This document shows positions 1 through 9,782 of a DNA stretch of 64,000 nucleotides, in pieces. The notes beneath the pieces were generated by a model. That model did no database searches, was not told the DNA's origin, and saw only the letters and a list, made by a program, of their open reading frames with translations. This DNA is from an uncultured Bacteroidales bacterium (GTDB lineage Bacteria > Bacteroidota > Bacteroidia > Bacteroidales > TTA-H9): positions 671 through 64,670 of the forward strand of contig CAZKHA010000003.1 in assembly GCA_964552325.1 (NCBI GenBank), read 5' to 3'. Position numbers and translations under genes: made by a program. Each line of letters starts with the position of its first letter. Position 1 is the stretch's first letter.

Positions 1-1343
1 TTGAACTTGGCATTGGCACCAATATTTTCAGCTTTTCCCGTAAAAATGTTTTGATATGTTCCAATAAAGCTATCTCCATTAAGGGTAACCTCTTGGTTTT
101 TATTACTTAAGTTTAAAACAACCAATACTTTGTTGGTTTCTTTGGTTCTTAAGAAGCTGTAAACGGCTTTTTGGTTATCCGATTGAATTTGTGTGTAGCT
201 ACCACCGAATGAACCGTTCCAAAGGGCTGGATTCTCTTTTTTGGCCATAAACAGTGTTTTATAGAAACCTGCCAACTCATACTTTTTCCAATGGATTGGA
301 TCGCGTTCAAAGAATTTCAATCTTTTCAGGTTTGGCTCTTCTTGTCCGCTGTAAATAAGTGGCATGCCCGGAACTGTAGCACTCAAAACCGCAAATGTTT
401 TAGCCCCTTCTTTGTATTTTTCGTACTCGGTGCCATTCCATGAATTTTCGTCGTGGTTTGTCGTAAAATTCATTTTAAAGGTTCCCTCAGGATATTCGCT
501 TTGCGTTTTGGCAATATATGCAGCTACACTATCAGCATCTTGCTTACCTTCGGCTACGGCCTTTGTAATATTCATAAGTTTCCAGGCATAATCGGCGTCA
601 AAGGCATTTTGCATTAAGGGCAATTCTTCTGCTTCGGCTAGCATGAAGACTGGTTTAACTTTCTGGAGTTCTACCCTGGTGCTATCCCAGAAGGCTACAG
701 GAACCAAGCCGGCCACATCGCAGCGGAATCCATCAATATCGGTGTTTTTTAACCACCAAACCATGGTCTCTGTCATATAGTTACGTAAGGCAGGTTTACT
801 GTAATCCAAGGCAATTACATCGGTCCAATCGTAGGGCGCTACAAAATTTCCTTTGTCGTCTTTTTTGTACCAATCTGCATGATCGGTGGCAAGTTGGTTG
901 TCCCATGCGGTGTGGTTGGCTACCCAATCAATAATTACGTATAAGCCATAATCATGAGCCATTGTAACCAAGGTTTTAAACTCTTCTAGGGTTCCAAACT
1001 CAGGATTTACATCTTTGTAATCTTTAACAGAATAATAGCTTCCGAGCGGCCCTTTGCGGTTTTTTTCGCCAATTGGGTTCACGGGCATAAACCATAAGAT
1101 TTTTACACCCATTTGGCTTAAGCGTTCCAAATCTTTCTGGAAGGCATTAAACGTTCCCTCAAGCGTTGCTTGACGCAAGTTCACCTCGTAAATTACAGCA
1201 TCCTTGGCCCACTCGGGCACTGCTTTTTTGAATGCCACAGAGTCAGAATTGCTGGCTGTTTCTTTGTCTTTTTTGCTTTTACAGGAGAGAAACAAAACTC
1301 CGGAAATTATAAAAGCTACAACAATAAAGATAATTTTATTCAT
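1..1343 (-). CDS. GH13 alpha-amylase, lipoprotein (3' end truncated by window edge)
   Basis: Absent from the ORF track because it runs off the window. Reverse-strand translation from ATG at 1343 gives MNKIIFIVVAFIISGVLFLSCKSKK (lipobox LSC). GH13 conserved regions follow: YVIIDWVANHT (I), DGFRCDVAG (II), MLAEAEE (III), FTTNHDE (IV). Confidence 0.85.
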   Translation of the reverse strand, partial: MNKIIFIVVAFIISGVLFLSCKSKKDKETASNSDSVAFKKAVPEWAKDAVIYEVNLRQATLEGTFNAFQKDLERLSQMGVKILWFMPVNPIGEKNRKGPLGSYYSVKDYKDVNPEFGTLEEFKTLVTMAHDYGLYVIIDWVANHTAWDNQLATDHADWYKKDDKGNFVAPYDWTDVIALDYSKPALRNYMTETMVWWLKNTDIDGFRCDVAGLVPVAFWDSTRVELQKVKPVFMLAEAEELPLMQNAFDADYAWKLMNITKAVAEGKQDADSVAAYIAKTQSEYPEGTFKMNFTTNHDENSWNGTEYEKYKEGAKTFAVLSATVPGMPLIYSGQEEPNLKRLKFFERDPIHWKKYELAGFYKTLFMAKKENPALWNGSFGGSYTQIQSDNQKAVYSFLRTKETNKVLVVLNLSNKNQEVTLNGDSFIGTYQNIFTGKAENIGANAKF

Positions 1344-1359
1344 AAAGTGTATATTAGGG

Positions 1360-2826
1360 TTAATTTTTCGATTCGCGAACAAAGCTCCAGAATACCACTG
1401 AAGTGGTAATAAGCAGGCCACAGAATATGTATAAAAGCTGATAATTTCCCGTCTCTTTAATTACGTTTGCCACACCATTGCTCATCATTTGTGGAAATAC
1501 TACGGCTAAGTTGAATACGCCCATATAAAGGCCCATTTTTGCAGGGTTAACCGTTTCGCTCATGATGGCAAAAACAATAGAGATAACTGCCGACCAGCCT
1601 ATACCAGCGAGGAACATACCAATATAGAAGTCCATTTCAACAGTTCCTAAAAATGCGATGTAAAAGTATCCAATCGCCGAAAAACTGAGTGCGTAAATAT
1701 AGGTTTTAACACGACCTATTTTCTTTGCAATAGATTGCAAGGCAAGTGGGAAAAGGGCACCCACAAAGTTTAGGATCAAGAAACCCAATGACACCATATT
1801 GCCGATGGAAGAATCGGCTGTTTGTGTGATTCCGGTAAGTCTTTCGGCAAACCAATTAGCTGTAATGTTTTCGAGTGCCATGTTGGGCATAAGGCGATTT
1901 TCGATAAAAAAGCCCGACATAATAAACATGCTTTGAAAGGCTACCCAAGTAAAGGAATGGGCCAACATAATCTTATGAAACTCGTTGCGGTTGCTGCGTT
2001 CTTTAAAGCCTTTTAAAATGCTGATTATCCCAATTAATACCGAGTAGGCCAGCGAAAGTATCAAGACCCAATTGTGGTAGGGGGTTAAAACTTCAAAGAA
2101 ATGATTAAAAACGCTAAAAACGCCAAAGGTTAAAAAGCCATACAAGGGGTAAATCTCCTCAAAAATCTGGGCAACTCCATATTTAACTTCAGCTGAGTTG
2201 TTAACTACTTCTAGTTCCCTCTTTTCTTCGATTAAAAGTATTGGAAAAACTGCAGTTGCAAATACTAAAGCAGCTGCAATATAAAGTAGCATTTCGTTGC
2301 CGAACACCATCGACAGGAAATAGGCCAGTACACCAAAAAAGCCAGAGATGATTTGCATCCACACAAAGCCAGCGGTTCGTTTTTTGCCCTCGGGTGTTAA
2401 ATCTGCTATGATAGATCGGGCGGGATTGAAGGTAACATTTACCGAAAGGTCTAAAAATAGGGCAATTATGGAGGCTATAATGGTGATGTCAGTAATTCCG
2501 GTTATGTTTGAAATTTCGGTAATGTAGGGCAGCGAGAGGAAAGCTATGGTGCTTACCATGCCGCCAATCATGATAAAAGGCCGGCGGCGGCCACCCATAA
2601 ACCACACATTATCGCTAATTAAGCCCACGATTACTTGGCCAAAGATGCCCGCTATGGGGCCCGCTAACCAAACGAAGGCTACTTCGTGAATATCGAGGCC
2701 ATATTTTTTGGAAAGTATCCAGCTAAGCGTGGCAATTTGCGTTGATAAGGCAAAGCCTACCGCGGTTGCCGGCAAAGCAAGTACGGCATAAAACGCATTG
2801 GTTAGGTTCTTTTGGATTTTAAGCAT
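1360..2826 (-). CDS. MFS/GPH-type sugar:cation symporter (maltose/maltodextrin-type by context)
   Basis: 488-aa polytopic membrane ORF with about 12 hydrophobic helices. Has a GGRRRPF cytoplasmic loop after TM2, typical of MFS sugar symporters. Sandwiched between two GH13 genes. Confidence 0.7.
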   Translation of the reverse strand: MLKIQKNLTNAFYAVLALPATAVGFALSTQIATLSWILSKKYGLDIHEVAFVWLAGPIAGIFGQVIVGLISDNVWFMGGRRRPFIMIGGMVSTIAFLSLPYITEISNITGITDITIIASIIALFLDLSVNVTFNPARSIIADLTPEGKKRTAGFVWMQIISGFFGVLAYFLSMVFGNEMLLYIAAALVFATAVFPILLIEEKRELEVVNNSAEVKYGVAQIFEEIYPLYGFLTFGVFSVFNHFFEVLTPYHNWVLILSLAYSVLIGIISILKGFKERSNRNEFHKIMLAHSFTWVAFQSMFIMSGFFIENRLMPNMALENITANWFAERLTGITQTADSSIGNMVSLGFLILNFVGALFPLALQSIAKKIGRVKTYIYALSFSAIGYFYIAFLGTVEMDFYIGMFLAGIGWSAVISIVFAIMSETVNPAKMGLYMGVFNLAVVFPQMMSNGVANVIKETGNYQLLYIFCGLLITTSVVFWSFVRESKN

Positions 2827-2843
2827 AAGTAGTTAGTTTATAT

Positions 2844-4700
2844 TTATTTATGAAGTTCTAGGATAAGGGCGGTATGGCCGGGTATGCTTAGTTGTGAAAG
2901 TGTTTCGAACGTTTTCCCCGAAATAATGTCGGTTCCTTTGGTATAGCCCGTTAGTAGCTCAGCAAAACGGCTGGTATTTACGGTTGATGGTGTATTCGAA
3001 AAATTCAGCAATACCATTACTTGTTCATTATCAAGGGTTCGGAAGTAGGTATAAACTTGGTTATCAGGAATGAATTGGGTAAGTTTTCCAAATTGGGCAG
3101 CCTTGGAGGTTTGCCTCCATTGGGCAATTTTTTGTACATATTCAAAGGCTTTTTGCTGTTCGGGAGTTCGGCCTGCTTCAACAAAGCCATTGTTTTTATC
3201 GCCAGCCCAGCCGCCCGGAAAATCTTTACGCATCTTACCATGGCCATCTTGTTCTGAACCAGTTAAAAGCATTTCAGTCCCGTGATAAAACTGTGGAATG
3301 CCCCTGGTTGTAAACAAAAACGCGATACCTAGTTTATATTTTCCAAAGTCTTCACCACAAATGGTGTAAAACTGATGGACATCGTGGTTTGAGAGAAAAG
3401 TAAGGTTGTCTTGTGGACGTTTATAAACAATATCTTGTGCCAAACAATAGTATAAACGTTCGGCACCGGTTTCCCAACCCGTGCGCTCCTGCAAGGCTTG
3501 ACGAATGGCTACAAATAAGGGAAAATCTGTAATGTATTCAAGTTCAGAATTATATCCATCAATGTTGGGTGCATCTTTCATCCAATAAGCATGTAAGGCT
3601 TTGGTTTCGACCCAAAGTTCGCCTACTACATTAAAGTTAGGGTATTCCGAACGCAGTATTCGCCTCCATTCGGCCATAAAATCAGGATCGGCATACATAT
3701 GCGTATCCATTCTAATGCCATCTAAATCAGCAAATTCAATCCACCAAATACTGTTTTGAATTAAGTAGGTAGCTAAATGAGGATTTTTTTGGTTTAAATC
3801 TGGCATTCCAGTATCGAACCATCCATCTTGCAGCAATTTTTTATCGTAAGTGGCTGCGTATGGGTCCATGGCTGCTGGTGCCTTAAAGTTGGAGCGTGTA
3901 AAGTTTGGGAACTGATGAATCCAATCGGCGAACGGCATATCTTTTATAAACCAATGGTTTACACCACAATGATTGAAAACCATATCCATAATGATTTTAA
4001 TCTTTTTTGAATGGGCGTTTGAAACAAGGTTTATAAAATCTTGATTTGTCCCAAGCCTGGGATCGGTTTTATAAAAATTGGTAATGGCATACCCATGATA
4101 GGAGTAGGAAGGCATATCGTTCTCTAAATGGGGGTTAAGCCATAAGGCAGTCATTCCTAGCTTATTAAAATAGTCTAAGTGGCTGTCTATTCCCTTAAGG
4201 TCACCTCCATGGCGTCCATCCGGATTATCACGGTTTGCCCATTCCATCATGCTTGTATCGCTGTCATTGGTTGTATCACCATTGGCAAAGCGGTCGGGCA
4301 TAAGTAAATACACATTGTCAGCTTGGTTAAAACCCGTACGCTCAGCCGAGCCAGGCTTGCGAAGTTTAAGTTCGTAGTTGCACGATGTAACTTCTTCGTC
4401 CTCGAACCGGAGGCTAATCTTGCAAACACCAGCTTGAGTGTTTGGTGCCACATTGAGGTAAATGAAAAGGTAATTGCGGTTGCTGGTTCGGTTTATGCTG
4501 TCAATCTTGAGACCTTTGTATTTTATGACAGGATCAAGTCGTGAGATATTTTTGCCATATAGTAGCAACTGAAGCTTTGGGTTTTGCATGCCCACCCACC
4601 AATTAGGCGGTTCAATCCGGTCTATTTTTGATTGTGCTTGCGAGGTATTAAAAGAGAGCCAAGAAACGAGAATTAGAAAGAGGGTTCCATAGATTTTCAT
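2844..4700 (-). CDS. GH13 cyclomaltodextrinase/neopullulanase-type alpha-amylase (SusA-like), secreted
   Basis: Signal peptide MKIYGTLFLILVSWLSFNTSQAQ, then an N-terminal cyclomaltodextrinase-type domain. GH13 regions: DMVFNHCG (I), DGIRMDTHMY (II), VVGELW (III), FLSNHDV (IV). Confidence 0.85.
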   Translation of the reverse strand: MKIYGTLFLILVSWLSFNTSQAQSKIDRIEPPNWWVGMQNPKLQLLLYGKNISRLDPVIKYKGLKIDSINRTSNRNYLFIYLNVAPNTQAGVCKISLRFEDEEVTSCNYELKLRKPGSAERTGFNQADNVYLLMPDRFANGDTTNDSDTSMMEWANRDNPDGRHGGDLKGIDSHLDYFNKLGMTALWLNPHLENDMPSYSYHGYAITNFYKTDPRLGTNQDFINLVSNAHSKKIKIIMDMVFNHCGVNHWFIKDMPFADWIHQFPNFTRSNFKAPAAMDPYAATYDKKLLQDGWFDTGMPDLNQKNPHLATYLIQNSIWWIEFADLDGIRMDTHMYADPDFMAEWRRILRSEYPNFNVVGELWVETKALHAYWMKDAPNIDGYNSELEYITDFPLFVAIRQALQERTGWETGAERLYYCLAQDIVYKRPQDNLTFLSNHDVHQFYTICGEDFGKYKLGIAFLFTTRGIPQFYHGTEMLLTGSEQDGHGKMRKDFPGGWAGDKNNGFVEAGRTPEQQKAFEYVQKIAQWRQTSKAAQFGKLTQFIPDNQVYTYFRTLDNEQVMVLLNFSNTPSTVNTSRFAELLTGYTKGTDIISGKTFETLSQLSIPGHTALILELHK

Positions 4701-4872
4701 ACAATGCTAAATTAAATCGTGACATTTTCTACCAATGAACCTTTATAGCCAAAGTAGTTAAGCTAAAACAGTGATGTTACCTTAAGGACAATATAAAATT
4801 ATAAAAACATAAGTTATTAATAATCTGTTATATATGCAAAGAATCAAAGCTAAGACAACAACTTGTTTCTTG

Positions 4873-4880
4873 CAAAAATA
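4873..4880 (-). promoter_or_regulatory. Candidate Bacteroidota -7 box (TATTTTTG) upstream of the SusA-like GH13 gene
   Basis: Matches TAnnTTTG on the minus strand, about 170 nt upstream of the ATG at 4700 (long leader). Confidence 0.3.
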
Positions 4881-4997
4881 CAATTTTTTAGGCTTTCATT
4901 TACCCTGCTCCCGACAAAAAAATACTGCTAAGGCCTCCATTACAAATTGGGCCGCAACACTAATGGCATACAAACAGAAAAAGGTGCGAATCCTATT

Positions 4998-6413
4998 TTA
5001 TGTTACAAGCAGATTTCCAATAGCTTCAATTAAATCCTTGCGGTTAATGGGCTTTTCGATAACTAAATTGCAACCTGATTCTTTAAAATCATTGGCTTGG
5101 AAATTAAAGCTATAGGCTGTTTGAAGGATTACGGGAAAAGAAGGATGGCTCTTTTTGATGGCTTTACAAACCTCAATTCCCGATAACAATGGAAGGTTGA
5201 TGTCAACTAGGGCTAGGTCAATGTTGGGGATTGCCTTAAATGTTTGAATGGCTTCGAGCCCATCTTTTGTCCATAATAGCTTGGCTTTGGTAGGTTTAAG
5301 CATAGCGTCAATAACATCAAAGTTGCTGCTTATATCTTCCACAACCAGAATGGTTTTACTAGCCCAATCTGTGTTATTTTGACTAATAATTGGAAGTTTG
5401 GGTGTGTTCTGATTTGCCGATAATGGAACGAGAAGTGTAAAAGTGCTGCCTTTCCCAAGGCTTGAGTTCACTTTTAATGTACCACCGATTATTTTAGTGT
5501 ATTCATTGGCAATGTATAAGCCAATACCGGAACCACCGTAAAAGCGTTTATAGCCTTCTTCTAACTGCCAGAATTTTTGGAAAATGGCTGAGGTTTGATC
5601 GTATGGAATTCCAATGCCGGTATCGGATACATTGAATATCAATAAGTTATCTTTTATATCAATGCTAATGCTAATACTACCCTGTTTTGTAAACTTAAAA
5701 GCATTGTCAATCAGTTGGTTAATTATTTTAAGCAGTTTTTTCTTATCTTGAAAAACATTGTTACTATCATTGTTTTCGGCAACGTTGTTGAGAATAGAAA
5801 ACTGAATGTCATTGGCAGCATTAATAAGTGATGTGTTGTTGTTCTGTATTTCTTTTAGTAAAGTGTTGATTTTTATACTTTCGGCCTCAAATCTAGCTTG
5901 GCCACTTTCAATAATTGAAACATCGATGATATTGTTCATGAGCATCAAAAGATTTTCGCCATTTTGAACAATATGTGAAAGGTAGGTAATTCGTTTTGGC
6001 TCGTTATAGTTGGTGTCTCTAAGAAGTTCAGAAAATCCAAGAATGGCATTCAAAGGGGTTCTTACCTCATGCGATATGTTGGCCAAGAAGGCCGATTTTA
6101 ATCTGTCGGATTCCTCTGACTTTTGTTTGGCTTTATTCAAATCGTTCATAATGTGGTTTATACGTTTTGAATAATTGCGAAGCAGCACAAAAAGCATCAG
6201 GCTGGTCATGGCGATAAAAAACCAACCTTTATAGGTTTGAAGTTGAGTTAGAAAGCTTAGGTTACTGGTAAAGAGAAGCAAAAACCGGTCACTAAACAGA
6301 ATCCATAAGAGCCCTGCTATCAGGTAAATGAAGGTTATCCTGTGTTGTAGGCTCTTTAAAAGCTTGTTATTCATTTGTACTTTTTTTTGATGATACATGG
6401 TGGGATGCACCAA
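4998..6413 (-). CDS. Hybrid sensor histidine kinase (2 TM, HisKA, HATPase, C-terminal receiver)
   Basis: H-box SHEVRTPLNAI. ATPase boxes IDNAFKFT, DTGIGI, GGSGIGL. Receiver ILVVEDISSN...VDINLP. The ORF-track start (6413) is TTG; ATG at 6374 (MNNKLL) is more likely. Confidence 0.85.
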   Translation of the reverse strand: MVHPTMYHQKKVQMNNKLLKSLQHRITFIYLIAGLLWILFSDRFLLLFTSNLSFLTQLQTYKGWFFIAMTSLMLFVLLRNYSKRINHIMNDLNKAKQKSEESDRLKSAFLANISHEVRTPLNAILGFSELLRDTNYNEPKRITYLSHIVQNGENLLMLMNNIIDVSIIESGQARFEAESIKINTLLKEIQNNNTSLINAANDIQFSILNNVAENNDSNNVFQDKKKLLKIINQLIDNAFKFTKQGSISISIDIKDNLLIFNVSDTGIGIPYDQTSAIFQKFWQLEEGYKRFYGGSGIGLYIANEYTKIIGGTLKVNSSLGKGSTFTLLVPLSANQNTPKLPIISQNNTDWASKTILVVEDISSNFDVIDAMLKPTKAKLLWTKDGLEAIQTFKAIPNIDLALVDINLPLLSGIEVCKAIKKSHPSFPVILQTAYSFNFQANDFKESGCNLVIEKPINRKDLIEAIGNLLVT

Positions 6414-6474
6414 AAGAAGCTAGGATTGTAATTGTTAACATTTACAATGAAGGCTTCAGGCCAACTAGGCCCAA

Positions 6475-9453
6475 TCAACTTCCAGGGCCAAGATAGGTTT
6501 TTAATACATCATTAAGGTTTTTAATCCGAATAGGTTTCATAATATAATCATTGCATCCAGCTTCGAGTGCCTTTTGCCTATCGTGAACCATTGCATACGC
6601 CGTTTGGGCAATAATAACAATAGTCTTGTTGAAGGATCTTATTTCTTGAGTAGCCACAATCCCATTCATAATAGGCATTTGCATGTCCATGAGAATTAAA
6701 TCGAAATATGTTTTTTTGCGGCAAAGTTCTACTGCTTCCAATCCGTTTTGTGCCCAATGTGTTTGAACGTTTGACTTCTTTAAAAGTGCATCGAGGAATT
6801 GATAATTGGTTTCAACATCTTCTACAATCAGGATGGTTTTATCGAACCAATTGGGGTAAGTAATTGTAGGTGCAATTTTTAGATTCGTATCAGAAGCTAT
6901 GCTTATTAAGTCGGGGATGGTAAATGCAAAGGAGGCGCCTTGTCCAATTTCTGATTCCACTGAAATTGAACCTCCCATAATTTCAACCATTCCCTTAGCA
7001 ATGGAAAGCCCTAAACCGGCACCACCATATTTGCGCGCCATTCCCTCGCGGGCTTGCCTAAAGCGTTCAAAAATAATGCTTTTCTGTTCAGTGGTTAGCC
7101 CAATTCCCGTATCCGTAACTTTAAAGGTAATAACATTGTTGTCGAGGCGGAAGCAAATCCGAATTTGGCCTTCGTCGGTAAATTTTACTGCATTCGAAAG
7201 AAGCGAATCGAAGACCTTGGTTAGGTTTGATTCATCGCAATAAATTGATAAAGAATCATTTAAATTGTTTTCATTGCATAGTTCAACCGTAAGCTTAGAA
7301 GCCTTTTCAGGGGCAATTTTCGATTTCCATGAATTTGTAAGCTTTGATAAATAGGGCACGACTTTAAACCAAGTTTTATGGTTGTCAACTTGGCCAGAGT
7401 TTAGTCTTGTAATGGTGATGATATTTTCCCAAAGATCAAGCAAGTTAGATGCATTGCGAACGATATGATTTTGAAGTTCAAGTTGTTCTTCATGCTTCAT
7501 ATCATCGTTTTGAAGCAAGTAAATGCCTCCAATAATGGCGTTGATTGGGGTACGTACTTCGTGCGACATATTGGCCAAGAAGCTTGCTTTTAGCTTATCT
7601 GACTCTTCGGCTTTTAGTTTGGCTTGCGTAAGTTCGCCAAGTACTTTTTTACTTGGGCTTAGGTCTATAACAATTCCCAAGGTGCCATAAAATTGCCCAG
7701 AATTATCGTATAATGGCGAAGCCCAAACATGTACATCGATAATGCTGCCTGTTTTTTGAACTAATTGAGTCTCGTAGTTGCTGGTAATCCCTGTACGACG
7801 GCTAGTTGTTTGATCTTTAAACCTGTCAAATTCTTTTAACGGTGAGAGGTCGGCCAAGTTTTTGGTTAAAAGTTCTGTTTCAGAATATCCCAACATGGTG
7901 CATAAAGCGGCATTGGTAAAAATAAAGTTTTCGTTTTCATCAACAATGCCAATGCCTGCAGCTGCAGCTTCTGTTAGTACCCGATATTTTTCTTCGCTTA
8001 TTTTTAGTTTATTGTGTGTTTCTTGCAGTTGTACGCTTAGTTCTTTGGTTGAGATGTTGTCACGGGCCAAAGCTACTTGCTTCTGCTTCGTTCTTTTACG
8101 CCTAAAATATAACAGAATAAAAAAGGTAAGCAAACACGCAATAATTAGCGCATAAGCAATGTTGTGTAAAAGCCCCATTTTTTTACTGTTTTTGTTTTCG
8201 CTGGCTAGGCGCTGTGTTTCGCGTTCATAGTCGTTGAATAGGGTCAACGATATTTTTTTTTCATTCTCACGTAACACGCTGTCGTTCATTGCAATATGTT
8301 CCTGAAGATAGTTGTAGGCTAGCGAGAAGTCCCCCATTTTTGAGTATAATTGGGCAAACTTTTGATAACTCAACATTATGAAACTCCTACTATTTGATTC
8401 TAGGGCATATTGCAGTCCTTTTTTAATGCATTCTTCAGCATTTTTGTATTGCTTAAGTTCGGTATAGTTACCGCCTAAGTTTAGGTACGAACTTGACAAG
8501 AGCGATTTGATTCCGGCCTTTTCGCGTTCTTCAAGGGCTAATTTATTGTATTCAAGGGTTTTTTCCCAGTTTTTGCTCAAGCTGTACACATGGCCAATTT
8601 TGGTATAGGTAGTGCCTTTAAAATTGGCATCGTTTATCATGTTCGAAAGGGCCACCGCCTCATAGTAATAGTATATTGCCGAATCGTTTTTATTAATGCG
8701 CAAGTAGTAGTTTCCCATCAGGCTGTAGCACTTCATCATTTCTGCTTTATTCCCAGCTTTGGTTTGTTGGTCTAAGAAATCGTCGAGGATTTTTTTGCCT
8801 TTGGAAATGGAGTCAGAGTCAATATAGCATGAAGATAATGAAAGCTTTAGATTGATATACTCTTTTCTGTTGGGATAGTCTTTAATAAAAGCTGCGGCAA
8901 TTCTATAAAGTTGTATGGCTTTTGGGTAATCGCGTAGTCGTTCAAACAGATTGCCAAAGGTAAAATATGCTGCAGCAATGCCGGGAATGTGGTTTTTTTT
9001 GTTGTAATAGTGCAAAGCTTTGGTACCCGTTTCGGCCGATTTTTGATACATCTGGCCAATAAGGTATAACCTTGACATGGTATAGTATATATTGCCCAAA
9101 GTGGTGTCGTTTCCGGTGTTTAGGTAGTATTCATAAGCATTTTGTAACATGCCTAGCGATACTTCCATATTGTTGAGCTCATAATTGATGAGGCCTATAT
9201 TGTAATGGGAATAGGCTATTAATTCGGGATCTTTCAGGGCGTTGGCAGCCTCAAGCATCTTGATGCTATATTTGAGTGCGGTGTTTTTGTCGTGCAAATA
9301 AAAAAGCTGGCTCAGGTTTTTGTAAATCTCATACTTCTCGCTTTCAGAGGCTTTGCCTAGGCTTGAAAGCATCGTATCTTCCTTATTACCTACTGCCAAT
9401 GTAATAATCGAAGCAAAGAATAGTACTAAAACCGGTTTAAGTAGTTTGATCAT
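6475..9453 (-). CDS. TPR-repeat / PAS hybrid sensor histidine kinase with receiver domain
   Basis: N-terminal signal/anchor, about 350 aa of TPR-like repeats, and a TM helix (IAYALIIACLLTFFILLYF). Then a PAS domain, H-box SHEVRTPINAI, HATPase (DTGIGL, GGAGLGLSI) and receiver (ILIVEDVETN...DMQMP). Confidence 0.85.
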   Translation of the reverse strand: MIKLLKPVLVLFFASIITLAVGNKEDTMLSSLGKASESEKYEIYKNLSQLFYLHDKNTALKYSIKMLEAANALKDPELIAYSHYNIGLINYELNNMEVSLGMLQNAYEYYLNTGNDTTLGNIYYTMSRLYLIGQMYQKSAETGTKALHYYNKKNHIPGIAAAYFTFGNLFERLRDYPKAIQLYRIAAAFIKDYPNRKEYINLKLSLSSCYIDSDSISKGKKILDDFLDQQTKAGNKAEMMKCYSLMGNYYLRINKNDSAIYYYYEAVALSNMINDANFKGTTYTKIGHVYSLSKNWEKTLEYNKLALEEREKAGIKSLLSSSYLNLGGNYTELKQYKNAEECIKKGLQYALESNSRSFIMLSYQKFAQLYSKMGDFSLAYNYLQEHIAMNDSVLRENEKKISLTLFNDYERETQRLASENKNSKKMGLLHNIAYALIIACLLTFFILLYFRRKRTKQKQVALARDNISTKELSVQLQETHNKLKISEEKYRVLTEAAAAGIGIVDENENFIFTNAALCTMLGYSETELLTKNLADLSPLKEFDRFKDQTTSRRTGITSNYETQLVQKTGSIIDVHVWASPLYDNSGQFYGTLGIVIDLSPSKKVLGELTQAKLKAEESDKLKASFLANMSHEVRTPINAIIGGIYLLQNDDMKHEEQLELQNHIVRNASNLLDLWENIITITRLNSGQVDNHKTWFKVVPYLSKLTNSWKSKIAPEKASKLTVELCNENNLNDSLSIYCDESNLTKVFDSLLSNAVKFTDEGQIRICFRLDNNVITFKVTDTGIGLTTEQKSIIFERFRQAREGMARKYGGAGLGLSIAKGMVEIMGGSISVESEIGQGASFAFTIPDLISIASDTNLKIAPTITYPNWFDKTILIVEDVETNYQFLDALLKKSNVQTHWAQNGLEAVELCRKKTYFDLILMDMQMPIMNGIVATQEIRSFNKTIVIIAQTAYAMVHDRQKALEAGCNDYIMKPIRIKNLNDVLKTYLGPGS

Positions 9454-9473
9454 AAGACCTTAAAAAATCTTCT

Positions 9474-9481
9474 CAAAAATA
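9474..9481 (-). promoter_or_regulatory. Candidate -7 box (TATTTTTG) for the TPR/PAS hybrid kinase
   Basis: TAnnTTTG match, 21 nt upstream of the ATG at 9453. Confidence 0.4.
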
Positions 9482-9698
9482 AGCATTTAGCTGACATTTT
9501 GTAATAATTGGCAGAACTTTTTTCTCGTGTTTTTATTACTTTATATTTAAGATATTGATTTTCAGCAATTTTATACTTAATATTTTTTAGTAGGGGTATG
9601 TAAAGTTGAATCTCCTCCGAAAAGTACTTTTTTCGCCACCAAAACACCAAACCACCAAGAAGCACCAAGTACAAATAATTGATTTTAAACTTGTTGAT

Positions 9699-9728
9699 AT
9701 TAGTTTAGTATTAGAACGCTAAACTAAT
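9699..9728 (-). terminator. Perfect 10-bp-stem hairpin downstream of dinB (possible terminator, no U-tract)
   Basis: ATTAGTTTAG-N10-CTAAACTAAT, 55 nt after the dinB stop. Confidence 0.3.
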
Positions 9729-9782
9729 CATTAGAATTTCGACTTTTCGGAGTAGTCTCAAAGTTTGTTTCGTTTCAGGGTG

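Noticed and set aside
4834-5115. 93-aa plus-strand ORF in the gap between the SusA-like gene and the first kinase
   Set aside because: It overlaps the 3' end of the kinase on the opposite strand and has no motifs. The region is better explained as the promoter and leader of the SusA-like gene.
9450-9674. 74-aa ORF overlapping the start of the TPR hybrid kinase by ATGA (possible small membrane protein)
   Set aside because: The predicted -7 promoter box of the kinase (9474-9481) lies inside it. The sequence is Lys/Tyr/Ile-rich, as expected from translating AT-rich intergenic DNA. There is no independent support.
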